From a virus: 64,000 nt of DNA. A program made the translations under genes and the position numbers. The notes beneath the pieces were generated by a model. The model had not been told where the DNA came from and did no database searches. It was given only the letters and a program-made list of their open reading frames with translations. Of the stretch, positions 43,420 through 51,637 are shown one piece after another (the stretch's first letter is position 1; every line of letters starts with the position of its first letter). The stretch lies in IMG/VR virus record IMGVR_UViG_3300012944_000005. One strand, written 5' to 3'.

Positions 43420-43907
43420 CCAGCAACAATGGCAGCCATCTTTTCCTGTAGTGCGCGGCGTTGAGACTGCAGGGCATCGATCTGTTTTCCGAACGTTCGC
43501 ATTTCCTCTTCGAGCTGCATGATGGCTTCCATTCGCTCGTGTCCTAAGATTGCCTGTCCCTTCGCCAACTTAAGCGCTTGCCACTTCATCAGTAGTTGAG
43601 CGCCGGGCGCGAAAACGGCGTTCACGGCAATCAGCAATAAGTTGAAGCGATGGCCGGGTCCGCGACGGCCACTTGGATCGTTTCCAGCAAGGGCGCCGGT
43701 AGCAGGGAGCAAGTCTGGATTGACTCGCCAAGCCTCGACTGTTCTTACATCCACCCCGAGCGTGTCGGCGACTTCCGGGGCCACCCCGTAGGGCAGCGCT
43801 TTTTCCATCACCTGGTGTATGCGCATCTTCGCGAGATCTTCATTCGTGAGAGCTTTGATCTCGGCGATTTCCTTCTCGTACTCTTTCTCGTATCCGTGAG
43901 ATGTCAT
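43401..43907 (-). CDS. HTH regulatory protein, first gene(s) of the leftward early operon
   Basis: VADTLGVDVRTVEAWR helix-turn-helix. ATG 43907, with an alternative GTG at 43952. Confidence 0.4.
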   Translation of the reverse strand: MTSHGYEKEYEKEIAEIKALTNEDLAKMRIHQVMEKALPYGVAPEVADTLGVDVRTVEAWRVNPDLLPATGALAGNDPSGRRGPGHRFNLLLIAVNAVFAPGAQLLMKWQALKLAKGQAILGHERMEAIMQLEEEMRTFGKQIDALQSQRRALQEKMAAIVAGWTDTT

Positions 43908-44285
43908 CCTGTGAGTGTCCTGTGCGTTTAAGGTAAAACTTCGCACTTCCACAGTGGGGTTGTGTCGGTGTAGCTTTGGCGTATGGTCCCGAAATCAATT
44001 CAGCGTCAACGGGTTCGTTATCGTGCAGCGTTTCGCTTTGCGCCGTGGCGTCTGCAAAAACAATATCGGCGCGTTCTCCGTGGCGGCTACCTATGCTGAG
44101 TTGAATGATCATTGCTGTTTGACAATTCGTGTTAACTACTTTCGGCAGTCAGTCTTTCCCGGCGGGCTGCCGATACGTGTATATGGCGTTTATAAAGATC
44201 ATCTCCGGAGGCGGGGCGAGCATCCCTTTTGAACACCCCGCCCCCCGGCGCTCGGAAGCCCGTGGGGTTGCTTCCGAACTTGCAT

Positions 44286-44409
44286 TGCTGCGGGCCGGAA
44301 TCGAACCGGCTTACGTGTTTCGCCTTCTTCTTCGGTTTCCCGTGGAGATAGTCGGCGTCCAACGGGCTGTACTATCCAGGCCGCGTGTCCCCATCCACGC
44401 CGCCGCAGC
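44286..44409 (-). other. tRNA-like element (perfect T-arm plus 7-bp acceptor-like closure, non-canonical length)
   Basis: Minus strand has GCTGCGG...GCGT-loop-ACGC...GCCGG-TTCGATT-CCGGC-CCGCAGC-A. It is 124 nt and has no canonical anticodon arm. Confidence 0.3.
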
Positions 44410-44827
44410 AAATTGAAACTTAAAAGATCAGGCCCGAGCGCGGCGTCACGATCCCCATCGCTTTTATCGCCGCGCCCGGTCTCGCGGAATGGAAAACTCC
44501 ATTTCCCCCATCCCGCGCAATCGAAGCCCTTCCCTTTGGCTCCGACACTTGAAGGATCAGCGTGCATTCCACGTGGCGTCTGCGAGCGTCCAATACCGCC
44601 GCCAGCCGAGGCCGGGAAAGAATGCGTAATTGCCGACGAGGCGCGTCGCCTCCGAGATGCAAGGCCGATCTCGATCAGTCGCGATCAGCGTCGTCGGCTC
44701 GCTCAGGCTGTTGGTCTCAACGATTTCCACCGGGTTTCTCCCGCGAAGGCGACGCTTCCAACGTCGCCCCCGCTGCATTTCCAACCGCCCGCGTGACGGT
44801 CACCGTTTCGGCCGAACGCCGAAGCTC

Positions 44828-45184
44828 TCACGCCGTTCGCAGCGCGGATCGCGCGCCACGCTCGCGGCTCTGCAAATAACTCTCGATTGATTCGACTCGG
44901 TACCTGATCTGGCCGCCTTCAGTGCGAATGAAGGGTATGCGCGGTGCTGGGCGCTCTTTTCGCCACTTCGCCAGACTCTCAATGCTCACGTCGAGCAGCT
45001 CGGCCGCTTGCCGCTCGGTCATCAACTGACTGCGCGAGACGACGCGCTCAAGCCGGCTCTCAATCTGGTGAGCACGAAGGTCCTGCTGTTCCGCCCGCTC
45101 GACGAGCGTCTTGACCAGTTGCTCCAGGAGCGCGATTCGCCCGAGCAATTGAGCGGTCGAGTTGTCGATGAATGGAGATTTCAC
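44828..45184 (-). CDS. excisionase/MerR-like HTH protein with N-terminal coiled coil
   Basis: MTERQAAELLDVSIESLAKWRKERPAPRIPFIR resembles Xis-type HTH_17 domains. Confidence 0.5.
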   Translation of the reverse strand: MKSPFIDNSTAQLLGRIALLEQLVKTLVERAEQQDLRAHQIESRLERVVSRSQLMTERQAAELLDVSIESLAKWRKERPAPRIPFIRTEGGQIRYRVESIESYLQSRERGARSALRTA

Positions 45185-45483
45185 GCCGCTATCCTTTCCG
45201 CGTCGCGCTTCGCGGCAGCTTTGAAATGTTCCATATCGCGCCTATTGCCTGCGAGCAACGCCTTCTCTGCCCTGCAGAGGCTGAGGGCGATGATCGGAAC
45301 AGTCGAAATTGATTTGGGAATATTGAGAGCTTCGAGGGTCAGACCAGCGTCACAGAGCATCCACGCGAACTTGACCGCACATTCCGGGCCGACGCCTTTG
45401 GCGAGCGATTCGGCGGCTTTCAAGGCTTTTTTGCAGATTTTGCAGCGTGGAATTGCGATCTTCATAAGTTCCCTCGGTTTCAA
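45181..45483 (-). CDS. DUF6011-like small protein
   Basis: CKICKKALKAAESLAKGVGPEC matches the CxxC...S...G-x-GP-x-C pattern. Confidence 0.45.
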   Translation of the reverse strand: MKPRELMKIAIPRCKICKKALKAAESLAKGVGPECAVKFAWMLCDAGLTLEALNIPKSISTVPIIALSLCRAEKALLAGNRRDMEHFKAAAKRDAERIAA

Positions 45484-45519
45484 GATTGTCGGTCTGCGTG
45501 ACTGACATGGGGAATATTA

Positions 45520-45534
45520 TACGATGTTATCGTA
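45520..45534. promoter_or_regulatory. operator-like palindrome TACGAT-N3-ATCGTA
   Basis: Perfect 6+6 inverted repeat tacgatgttatcgta. Confidence 0.5.
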
Positions 45535-45540
45535 CAAGTC

Positions 45541-45555
45541 AACGATATTATCGTA
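45541..45555. promoter_or_regulatory. operator-like palindrome (one mismatch)
   Basis: aacgatattatcgta, 7 nt from the previous copy. Overlaps the stop of the 45548 gene. Confidence 0.45.
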
Positions 45556-45850
45556 AGTTTTGAGAGAAAAATTGCGTGAGCGCGTCGGCTTGGGGAACCA
45601 AGTAGCGCAAATCAAAATCGAGAACTAAGGCAGCGCGAATCGCGACACGTAGGCTGGGCTTTGCCTGCTTACTGTTTCTATAATCGCTGTAAGTAGCTGG
45701 CTTTACACCGATTAACTCTGCAAACTGGGTATCGGTGAGATGAGGAAACTTCCTCTCTTTTTCCTGCTGGAGGCGATCCATGTCTATCTCGATCGTCTCT
45801 AGCAATGCAAACGCCTGCCTATTTAGTTGTTTTCCATCTTCGATAGCCAT
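45548..45850 (-). CDS. XRE-family HTH regulator (Cro-like, heads the leftward early operon)
   Basis: LTDTQFAELIGVKPATYSDYRNSK helix-turn-helix. Divergent from the 45915 gene. Confidence 0.6.
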   Translation of the reverse strand: MAIEDGKQLNRQAFALLETIEIDMDRLQQEKERKFPHLTDTQFAELIGVKPATYSDYRNSKQAKPSLRVAIRAALVLDFDLRYLVPQADALTQFFSQNLR

Positions 45851-45898
45851 ACGACTTCATCTTAAAACAAAAAGATAAGGTCGTAAAGCGTTTAATGA

Positions 45899-45913
45899 TA
45901 CGATCACATCGTA
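45899..45913. promoter_or_regulatory. operator-like palindrome TACGAT-N3-ATCGTA
   Basis: tacgatcacatcgta, ending 1 nt before the ATG at 45915. A degenerate half-site-like copy, tacgacttcatctta, is at 45850-45864. Confidence 0.5.
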
Positions 45914-45914
45914 A

Positions 45915-46445
45915 ATGGCAACTAGAATGACACAAGTAGAAATTGAATCTCTGATTAAATTCTCCAACGAATTTAATCACCGAGCGGAAGCTTTGCGATT
46001 GGGACCAACGGAGCTATCCCGTAGGACAGAGACAGATGAGACTGAGGGTATCAGTGTGGGATATATAAACGACATTTTAAGGGTAGGGCGAGGAGACTCC
46101 GAAAAACGATTCAGAATATACCCTGACAAAGTAACGCGCCTCGCGCGCGCAGTGGAATGGGACGAAAGTGAAGCGCTCGATTTCGCTGGCTATAAGAGGG
46201 CTGACGCTGGAGCCGAGAGCGAAAATAAGCGCACGGCGGATGCGGCTCTCATGGCAGCAGGGGTCGAGAATCTCGCGATGCTCTCAACGGACGAAAAGGC
46301 TCAGGCGGTCGCCGCGCTCAAGGCTTTCAGGGAGGGACATCCCGAAGCTCTCGATATTTTAGGCCCCAACTTTAAGGTAAAGACGACTGACGAGATTGAC
46401 CAAGATCAGACCCATATCAAAAAAGAAGACACCAAACCTAAATGA
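45915..46445 (+). CDS. HTH regulator (CI-like repressor candidate)
   Basis: 176 aa. LGPTELSRRTETDETEGISVGYINDILRVGRG is HTH-like. Co-oriented with the integrase. Confidence 0.5.
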   Translation: MATRMTQVEIESLIKFSNEFNHRAEALRLGPTELSRRTETDETEGISVGYINDILRVGRGDSEKRFRIYPDKVTRLARAVEWDESEALDFAGYKRADAGAESENKRTADAALMAAGVENLAMLSTDEKAQAVAALKAFREGHPEALDILGPNFKVKTTDEIDQDQTHIKKEDTKPK

Positions 46446-46639
46446 CAGACCAGGACATTGATACGCTCAACGCTGAAACATTCTCAGCGCTGCCACCCAA
46501 GCGCCAAATCGAGATAACAGCCGAATTGCTCACTCGGCAGGACTGGAAGAGAATTGAAGCTCTCGGGATTAAAATCGTAACGCCAGAGGAATTAGAGAAC
46601 GAACCGCCGGATGTGATCGAGGTCACGTCTTTGAACTGA
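46442..46639 (+). CDS. hypothetical protein (65 aa)
   Basis: ATGA overlap with the upstream gene. Confidence 0.4.
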   Translation: MTDQDIDTLNAETFSALPPKRQIEITAELLTRQDWKRIEALGIKIVTPEELENEPPDVIEVTSLN

Positions 46640-47012
46640 GCCCGGCGCGGACAGCGCGCGCAATTATCTCGCCGATGTTGGTTTCAAAGGCGTCGATTCG
46701 CGCAGCGAAACTGGTCTCGAACGTATTCATGCGCGCAGTGAGAGTTTCGACTTGGCTTTGCAGTTTTACCAAGGGCGGCAGCTCGGCGAGCGCCGACGAC
46801 GCCACGATGCCTGCGACCTCCGGCAAGCTCCAGAACGCCTTTTTGTTGCGGTCAGTTTCGGAATAATAGAGATAGATTATTTGGTGATTGAGATGGACTC
46901 GGAAACTATACGCCATGACTGAGACCACCTGCCCGTTGCGCAGGTAGATGTGATGTGGTTCCAGTTTCGGACTGGGTTCCGGTTTAGAGACCTTGACGTC
47001 CATTAATGTCAA
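46623..47012 (-). CDS. hypothetical protein with C-terminal coiled coil
   Basis: 129-aa ORF preceded by an AT-rich intergenic region. Confidence 0.4.
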   Translation of the reverse strand: MTLMDVKVSKPEPSPKLEPHHIYLRNGQVVSVMAYSFRVHLNHQIIYLYYSETDRNKKAFWSLPEVAGIVASSALAELPPLVKLQSQVETLTARMNTFETSFAARIDAFETNIGEIIARAVRAGLSSKT

Positions 47013-47338
47013 TATTGCTATATTGCTGAGAATTTCGGAAGTCTTTTATTGACCCCTTATAAAGACAATCATAAGCGTCCAGAAAGGAATATTAATGCGC
47101 TCACCTCCTATCTAATTCAATCGCTCTCCCGGTCGCTGACGACTTCCCCTGTCTTTGATGTATCCAACCGGTTCCCTGCTTGATATTTGAATCATAACAC
47201 GATGAATGCGGTTCGCTTGAGCTTATAGACTAGCGCCGAGACCGACTAATCCCAGAAAGAATCAATACGTGCTTCACGCCTGAGTCGTCAATTAAACAAC
47301 AAGCGGGCTGCTTTGTTTTTAACAAGGAGCACTCCGCA

Positions 47339-47677
47339 ATGACAGAATTCACCGTGGTTACTAGGGATCTCGAAACACCCTACGGCGCGCGCATTACCTA
47401 CCAGCCTCAATTCCCGATCGAGACGGGGGCGCTGTACTTACTTTCCATAGGCGACCTCTTGACCGTTGGTCGCTATTACTGCGACGTTGCCGGCTGCGAC
47501 TGGATCATACAGCCCGGACTGCTGATTCGGGTTGCGGACAGCATCAACGTCGAAATCTGGGGACTGGTCGTGTCGCTGGAATCTCCTGGCGGCGACCGAA
47601 CCGCATGGTCTGGCCTATCTATCGCAGCCGTGTCCGTCATAGAGATCTACAATCTAGTCACGCTGCTCGTGGTATGA
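47339..47677 (+). CDS. hypothetical beta-rich protein
   Basis: AAGGAG RBS. 112 aa. Confidence 0.4.
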   Translation: MTEFTVVTRDLETPYGARITYQPQFPIETGALYLLSIGDLLTVGRYYCDVAGCDWIIQPGLLIRVADSINVEIWGLVVSLESPGGDRTAWSGLSIAAVSVIEIYNLVTLLVV

Positions 47678-47766
47678 CTAGGTCGCATCCCCCATCTCAC
47701 CCACGACTGAGCGGCTCTCAGTCGCGGGATTTACTATCAACTATAGCCATAGAAAGGACTCCCTCT

Positions 47767-48396
47767 ATGCAAGAACCCCTCAAATTCTGCTCAGCCTGCG
47801 GAACGCAAAACAATCTCAGCGCTGAGTTTTGCCAGAAATGCGGCACCCAATACTCGGGCGCTCCGCCACCTGTCCAGCCCCGACCGAAGCGGGACCTTGC
47901 GGCCACGTTGCTAATCGTTGTCGTGGGAGTCTTTTTCGGATGCTGCGGACTGAGCGGGGCTATCGGTCTGCTTCGGGGGAATACAGCAAGACAGCCAGCC
48001 GACGGCGCAGGGCTGACAGATTCACCGGCGCCAGCATTCAGCGCGTCGTCACCGCTTCCATCGCCCACGCCTCTCGCTTGGACCCATTTAACGGTCGTCA
48101 AATCTAATTGGGAGAGGGGCGGCTTCGGATCTATTGCAATGTGGCATGTGACTTTCAAGAACAACAGCGACCGACCAATTGGCGACATTCAATATCGGAC
48201 AATCTATTATTCAGAAACCGGCAACGTCGTAGATAAGGGCGGTATAGATTCGCCGCTCGATAAGAAAATCATTCAGAGGGTCATTCCGGCGAAGTCAACG
48301 CGCACGGTCGAAGTCAACGATGGCTTTGTACATAGCGAAGGCGTTCGTGCGCGCTTCGAGCTTGTGGATTGTCGGTTCGTCGCTGATTCAAGGTAA
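47767..48396 (+). CDS. zinc-ribbon / TM / extracytoplasmic-domain protein
   Basis: Start at MQEPLKFCSACGTQNNLSAEFCQKCG (double CxxCG). TM segment LLIVVVGVFFGCCGLSGAIGLL. Lies next to the integrase. Confidence 0.5.
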   Translation: MQEPLKFCSACGTQNNLSAEFCQKCGTQYSGAPPPVQPRPKRDLAATLLIVVVGVFFGCCGLSGAIGLLRGNTARQPADGAGLTDSPAPAFSASSPLPSPTPLAWTHLTVVKSNWERGGFGSIAMWHVTFKNNSDRPIGDIQYRTIYYSETGNVVDKGGIDSPLDKKIIQRVIPAKSTRTVEVNDGFVHSEGVRARFELVDCRFVADSR

Positions 48397-48405
48397 GAGG
48401 TTGAT

Positions 48406-49563
48406 ATGCCGCGCAAATCAAAGGGCTATTCAAAAACCGCCGTCAAAAAGAAGGGCAAATGGTACGGACGTTTGCGTATCACCAAACCGCCCGGCGGCGA
48501 GTATTACACCCATCAGGCCCGCAACAAGACCGATGCGCGTCAGCTCACCGACGAACTCGAGGCGAAATACATCACAGGCGGAGCCGAAGCGCTCAACGCC
48601 GAGAATATGACCTTTGCCGACCTGGTCGCGCGCTTCAAAGAGAAGCGGCTGATCGAGCCGGTTTTCATTGGAGAAAGAAAAGTCGCCGGCTACAAGCACA
48701 AGAACAAACTCGAAGGCAGGATTGACCGGCTGACTGAGCACTTCGGCGCGCAGCTTCTCAGCCAGATTACGCTGGCCCAGATCGAGGATTACAAGATACA
48801 CCTGATCAAGACGCCGACCAGACTGGAAAAACAGCGGTCCGCTTACGATGTCAACCATCAGCTCCGGACTCTGCGCGTGCTGCTCAATTTTGCGAAGAAG
48901 AGCCGCTGGCTGAAAGAGAGTCCGATGGACTTCGCGACCGAGCCACTGATAAACCCAGGAGACGAAATCCCTCGGCGCCGGCCCGAGAAGAGAGGGGAAT
49001 TCGAGAAACTGCTCTGCCAGTGCGTCGGCCCACGCATACATCTGCGGCCGTGGATACTCTGCGCGATCGAGACATCGATGCGCCCAGGCGAAATCACCCG
49101 ACTCACGCGAGCCAACATACTCTTCGACGAGGGGCTGATCCAGGTCACGGCGTCGAACTCGAAGACGAATCGGGAAAGACACGTTCCACTTACCGCGCCC
49201 CTGGCCATCGAGCTGCGGAGCTGGCTGGATTTCATCGCGGAGGACCCGGTGTGGTCGGAGGCAGTCCCGGACGAGCCGGGGGCCAGAATCTTCGGCCCCG
49301 CGGCGTCGAACCGTAAAGCCTTTGCGACAGCCTGCCGCCTAGCCGGCATCAAGGACCTCCAGCGGAAGGACCTCCGTAAGTGGGCCACAACGCGATACGT
49401 CGCTTCCGCTCGCCGCGCCGGGATTCCGGAGAACCAGGTTATGACCGTGACAGGTCACACGAAGTTCGAGACCTTCCGCTGGTATCTGCTGACAGATCAG
49501 GAAACCGTCCGGTCGATCGGCGCCGCGCTCGATGCGGAGCGGGGGCGGGAGCAAAAGAAGTAG
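48406..49563 (+). CDS. int: tyrosine integrase
   Basis: 385 aa. ETSMRPGEITRL (catalytic Arg region), and GHTKFETFRWYL near the C-terminus (His and Tyr region). Followed by the tRNA fragment. Confidence 0.8.
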   Translation: MPRKSKGYSKTAVKKKGKWYGRLRITKPPGGEYYTHQARNKTDARQLTDELEAKYITGGAEALNAENMTFADLVARFKEKRLIEPVFIGERKVAGYKHKNKLEGRIDRLTEHFGAQLLSQITLAQIEDYKIHLIKTPTRLEKQRSAYDVNHQLRTLRVLLNFAKKSRWLKESPMDFATEPLINPGDEIPRRRPEKRGEFEKLLCQCVGPRIHLRPWILCAIETSMRPGEITRLTRANILFDEGLIQVTASNSKTNRERHVPLTAPLAIELRSWLDFIAEDPVWSEAVPDEPGARIFGPAASNRKAFATACRLAGIKDLQRKDLRKWATTRYVASARRAGIPENQVMTVTGHTKFETFRWYLLTDQETVRSIGAALDAERGREQKK

Positions 49564-49687
49564 GCCCGCTGTTCCCCTTTTTACTCTCCCTTTGAACGCC
49601 TGCTTGATCCGTTTTACGCTGGTCGGCGGGATTGATAATAAACGGGAAAGCGAAGAATGCCAGCCATTTACGGCTGACGACGGGCGC

Positions 49688-49740
49688 GAGTCTGCGGACT
49701 GAAAATCCGTGTGTCGGCGGTTCGACTCCGTCCCTGGCCA
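49688..49740 (+). other. 3' fragment of tRNA-Phe(GAA): attP core candidate
   Basis: Anticodon arm GCGGA-CTGAAAA-TCCGT, variable loop GTGTC, T-arm GGCGG-TTCGACT-CCGTC, acceptor 3' strand CCTGGCC-A. No matching 5' acceptor strand or D-arm lies upstream. Confidence 0.65.
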
Positions 49741-49760
49741 TCTGAAAATAAAAGAGTTAA

Positions 49761-49790
49761 GGGCGGCCGATCAGCCGCCCATTTCTTTTT
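49761..49790 (+). terminator. rho-independent terminator
   Basis: GGGCGGC-CGATCA-GCCGCCC followed by ATTTCTTTTT. Confidence 0.6.
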
Positions 49791-49968
49791 GTTCCCCCTG
49801 CTGCTCCCCTAATTGAAAAAGTTTCGCGTTCAGCCGCCTCTGTGCTATCCTGTGCCCGCATTTTCAACCGTCCTTGTCCGTCAGGTGCTTCCAACACCGG
49901 ACGCCAATCCAAAAAACAACCAAGCTCTTGCGTAGTGTATCTACGCACGTCTTTTACTCAGGAGACCT

Positions 49969-50247
49969 ATGTCAAATCACTTCTCAGACCCCAACCTCGC
50001 GCCTGACTCGCTCAAGCAAATATTCGACACGGCGCCACCAGAAGTCGGCGCGACTGGACGCTATCCGGAAGGCAAGCTTGGCGGATACGACGAAGGCGAG
50101 ATTGCTTTCGCCGTGGCGGCTGACAATGGAAGCAAGAAAGTGTTGATCAACTTTGGCAAGCCTGTGGCTTTTCTCGGAATGAGCAGGGAGTGTGCGATAG
50201 AGCTCGCCCACTTGCTGGTCCAAAAGGCTATGGAGATTGACCGCTAA
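49969..50247 (+). CDS. hypothetical protein (92 aa)
   Basis: ORF with GGAGAC upstream. First gene after attP. Confidence 0.4.
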   Translation: MSNHFSDPNLAPDSLKQIFDTAPPEVGATGRYPEGKLGGYDEGEIAFAVAADNGSKKVLINFGKPVAFLGMSRECAIELAHLLVQKAMEIDR

Positions 50248-50318
50248 GCGCGAGACGCCTGGCCGTTCAACTCGAAAGGTCAACGACCAGGCGCTTTACC
50301 TTCCACTCAGGAGGTTTT

Positions 50319-50816
50319 ATGCCAAATGGTGATAGACGCTCAGTGCTCGATTCGCTACCCATGCAGGAGAAATTTACGAACTATACAATCAAAATTGAGT
50401 GGCACAACGGATGGGAATGTTGGCTATGGCAAGGATATCTCGTGGGTAAAGGTTATGGCGGATTTAAGCAACATCATTACATGTATCTAGCGCACAGAGT
50501 TAGTTATGAGGTTTTTGTCGAGCGAATTCCAGATGGTCTTGTTATTGACCATCTATGTCGGCGACTGAACTGTATTAACCCCGACCACCTTGAGCCCGTC
50601 ACTAGCCGTGAAAACACTCTTCGCGGTAAATCAAAAATAGCGAACTTCGCACGACGGACCCATTGCAACTATGGCCATCCTTTCTCCGGCGAGAATTTGC
50701 GAATTATGTCAGGAGGGTACCGGTCTTGCAGGGAATGCGAGCGGACATATCGAGAGAAGCACGACCAATTTAAGCGGCGACGGGAATTTAAACCGCGCCG
50801 GCGGCGATCCACATGA
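50319..50816 (+). CDS. HNH endonuclease (HNH_3-like)
   Basis: CWLWQGYLVGKGYGGF...YLAHRVSYE...VIDHLCRRLNCINPDHLEPVTSRENTLRG. Confidence 0.7.
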   Translation: MPNGDRRSVLDSLPMQEKFTNYTIKIEWHNGWECWLWQGYLVGKGYGGFKQHHYMYLAHRVSYEVFVERIPDGLVIDHLCRRLNCINPDHLEPVTSRENTLRGKSKIANFARRTHCNYGHPFSGENLRIMSGGYRSCRECERTYREKHDQFKRRREFKPRRRRST

Positions 50817-50981
50817 GGCCATGTGCCTCTACACCTTCGTCCAGCAGATGAAACCCGTTGGACGAATTAACCACGAGTGGCCGTGGAAGGCGCAGAGGCA
50901 AGCGAATCGTAACCAGTAAATGGTTGAAACGCTAGCCTTTGAGCATTTCTAGCCGCTCCCTGAAACAGGGAAGGGAGCAAT

Positions 50982-51632
50982 ATGAAATCGAACATCAATG
51001 ACGTTCTACGCGACGCTGAAGATCAACTTGAAAACTCGAACACGCTGCTGATCATTGGCGCCGGGTTCATCGTCCTAACCAGCCTATTTCTGTCTTACCA
51101 CTCGTGGCATCTCTTCCTGCGCCTCGCTGGTGGAGAAGCAGCGGGGAAGGGCGCCTATCTCAACGCAACGATGGCAGTGGGCTGTGTGGAAGGCAGCCTG
51201 ATCGCCCTGATCATCTGCCACTTCCTGCTCTTCACCACGTCGGCGCAGAAGTGGATTGGCCTGGCTGGCGACGCGGTGACTTACACCATCCTGCTCTTTC
51301 ACGCCGCGCTGAACTTCCGTCAGAACATGTTTGGCTATCTGGACGGGTTCGGTGAGTTCTACCAGTCTAACGGCCTTCCCGTTCTCGTCTTCGGCGCCAC
51401 GCTCGCTACCTGGGCGGGAATCATCCTGCTTGATGTCCGCGCCAAGATGCGGATCAAAACAGTCTCTACCCTATCCGCGATGCGCGAGCGGGATCTGAAA
51501 GGCGCGCTCAGAGCAAAGACGGCTATCGCCCCGCCCTCTCAATTGCCAGTGGCCGGGTTCGCAAGATCGGCTCGGGATGAACGGGATGAACGGGATGAAG
51601 ATGGCCCAAAATCGCAGGCGGACCGGGACTAA
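50982..51632 (+). CDS. multi-pass membrane protein
   Basis: 216 aa with at least 5 hydrophobic segments. Acidic RDERDERDED tail from a 9-nt x3 tandem repeat at 51573-51599. Confidence 0.5.
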   Translation: MKSNINDVLRDAEDQLENSNTLLIIGAGFIVLTSLFLSYHSWHLFLRLAGGEAAGKGAYLNATMAVGCVEGSLIALIICHFLLFTTSAQKWIGLAGDAVTYTILLFHAALNFRQNMFGYLDGFGEFYQSNGLPVLVFGATLATWAGIILLDVRAKMRIKTVSTLSAMRERDLKGALRAKTAIAPPSQLPVAGFARSARDERDERDEDGPKSQADRD

Positions 51633-51637
51633 ACGCC

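Noticed and set aside
44286-44409. A canonical tRNA gene on the minus strand
   Set aside because: The element is 124 nt long, position 8 is C, and the best anticodon-arm candidate has a mismatch and no U33. It is kept only as a tRNA-like element of unknown nature.
47013-47338. AT-rich 325-bp intergenic region as an origin or mobile-element boundary
   Set aside because: It contains only a weak hairpin (47297-47320) and a short direct repeat (TATTGCT x2). No iterons, inverted terminal repeats or att-like sequence were seen. It is probably a promoter region for divergent moron genes.
49665-49740. A complete tRNA-Phe gene
   Set aside because: Only the anticodon arm, variable loop, T-arm and 3' acceptor strand are present. 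No GGCCAGG 5' acceptor strand and no GCTC/GAGC-type D-arm could be found upstream, so it is called a 3' fragment (attP).
51573-51599. 9-nt tandem repeat CGGGATGAA x3
   Set aside because: A short in-frame coding repeat giving RDERDERDE at the tail of a membrane protein. Too short and too few units to be a functional array.
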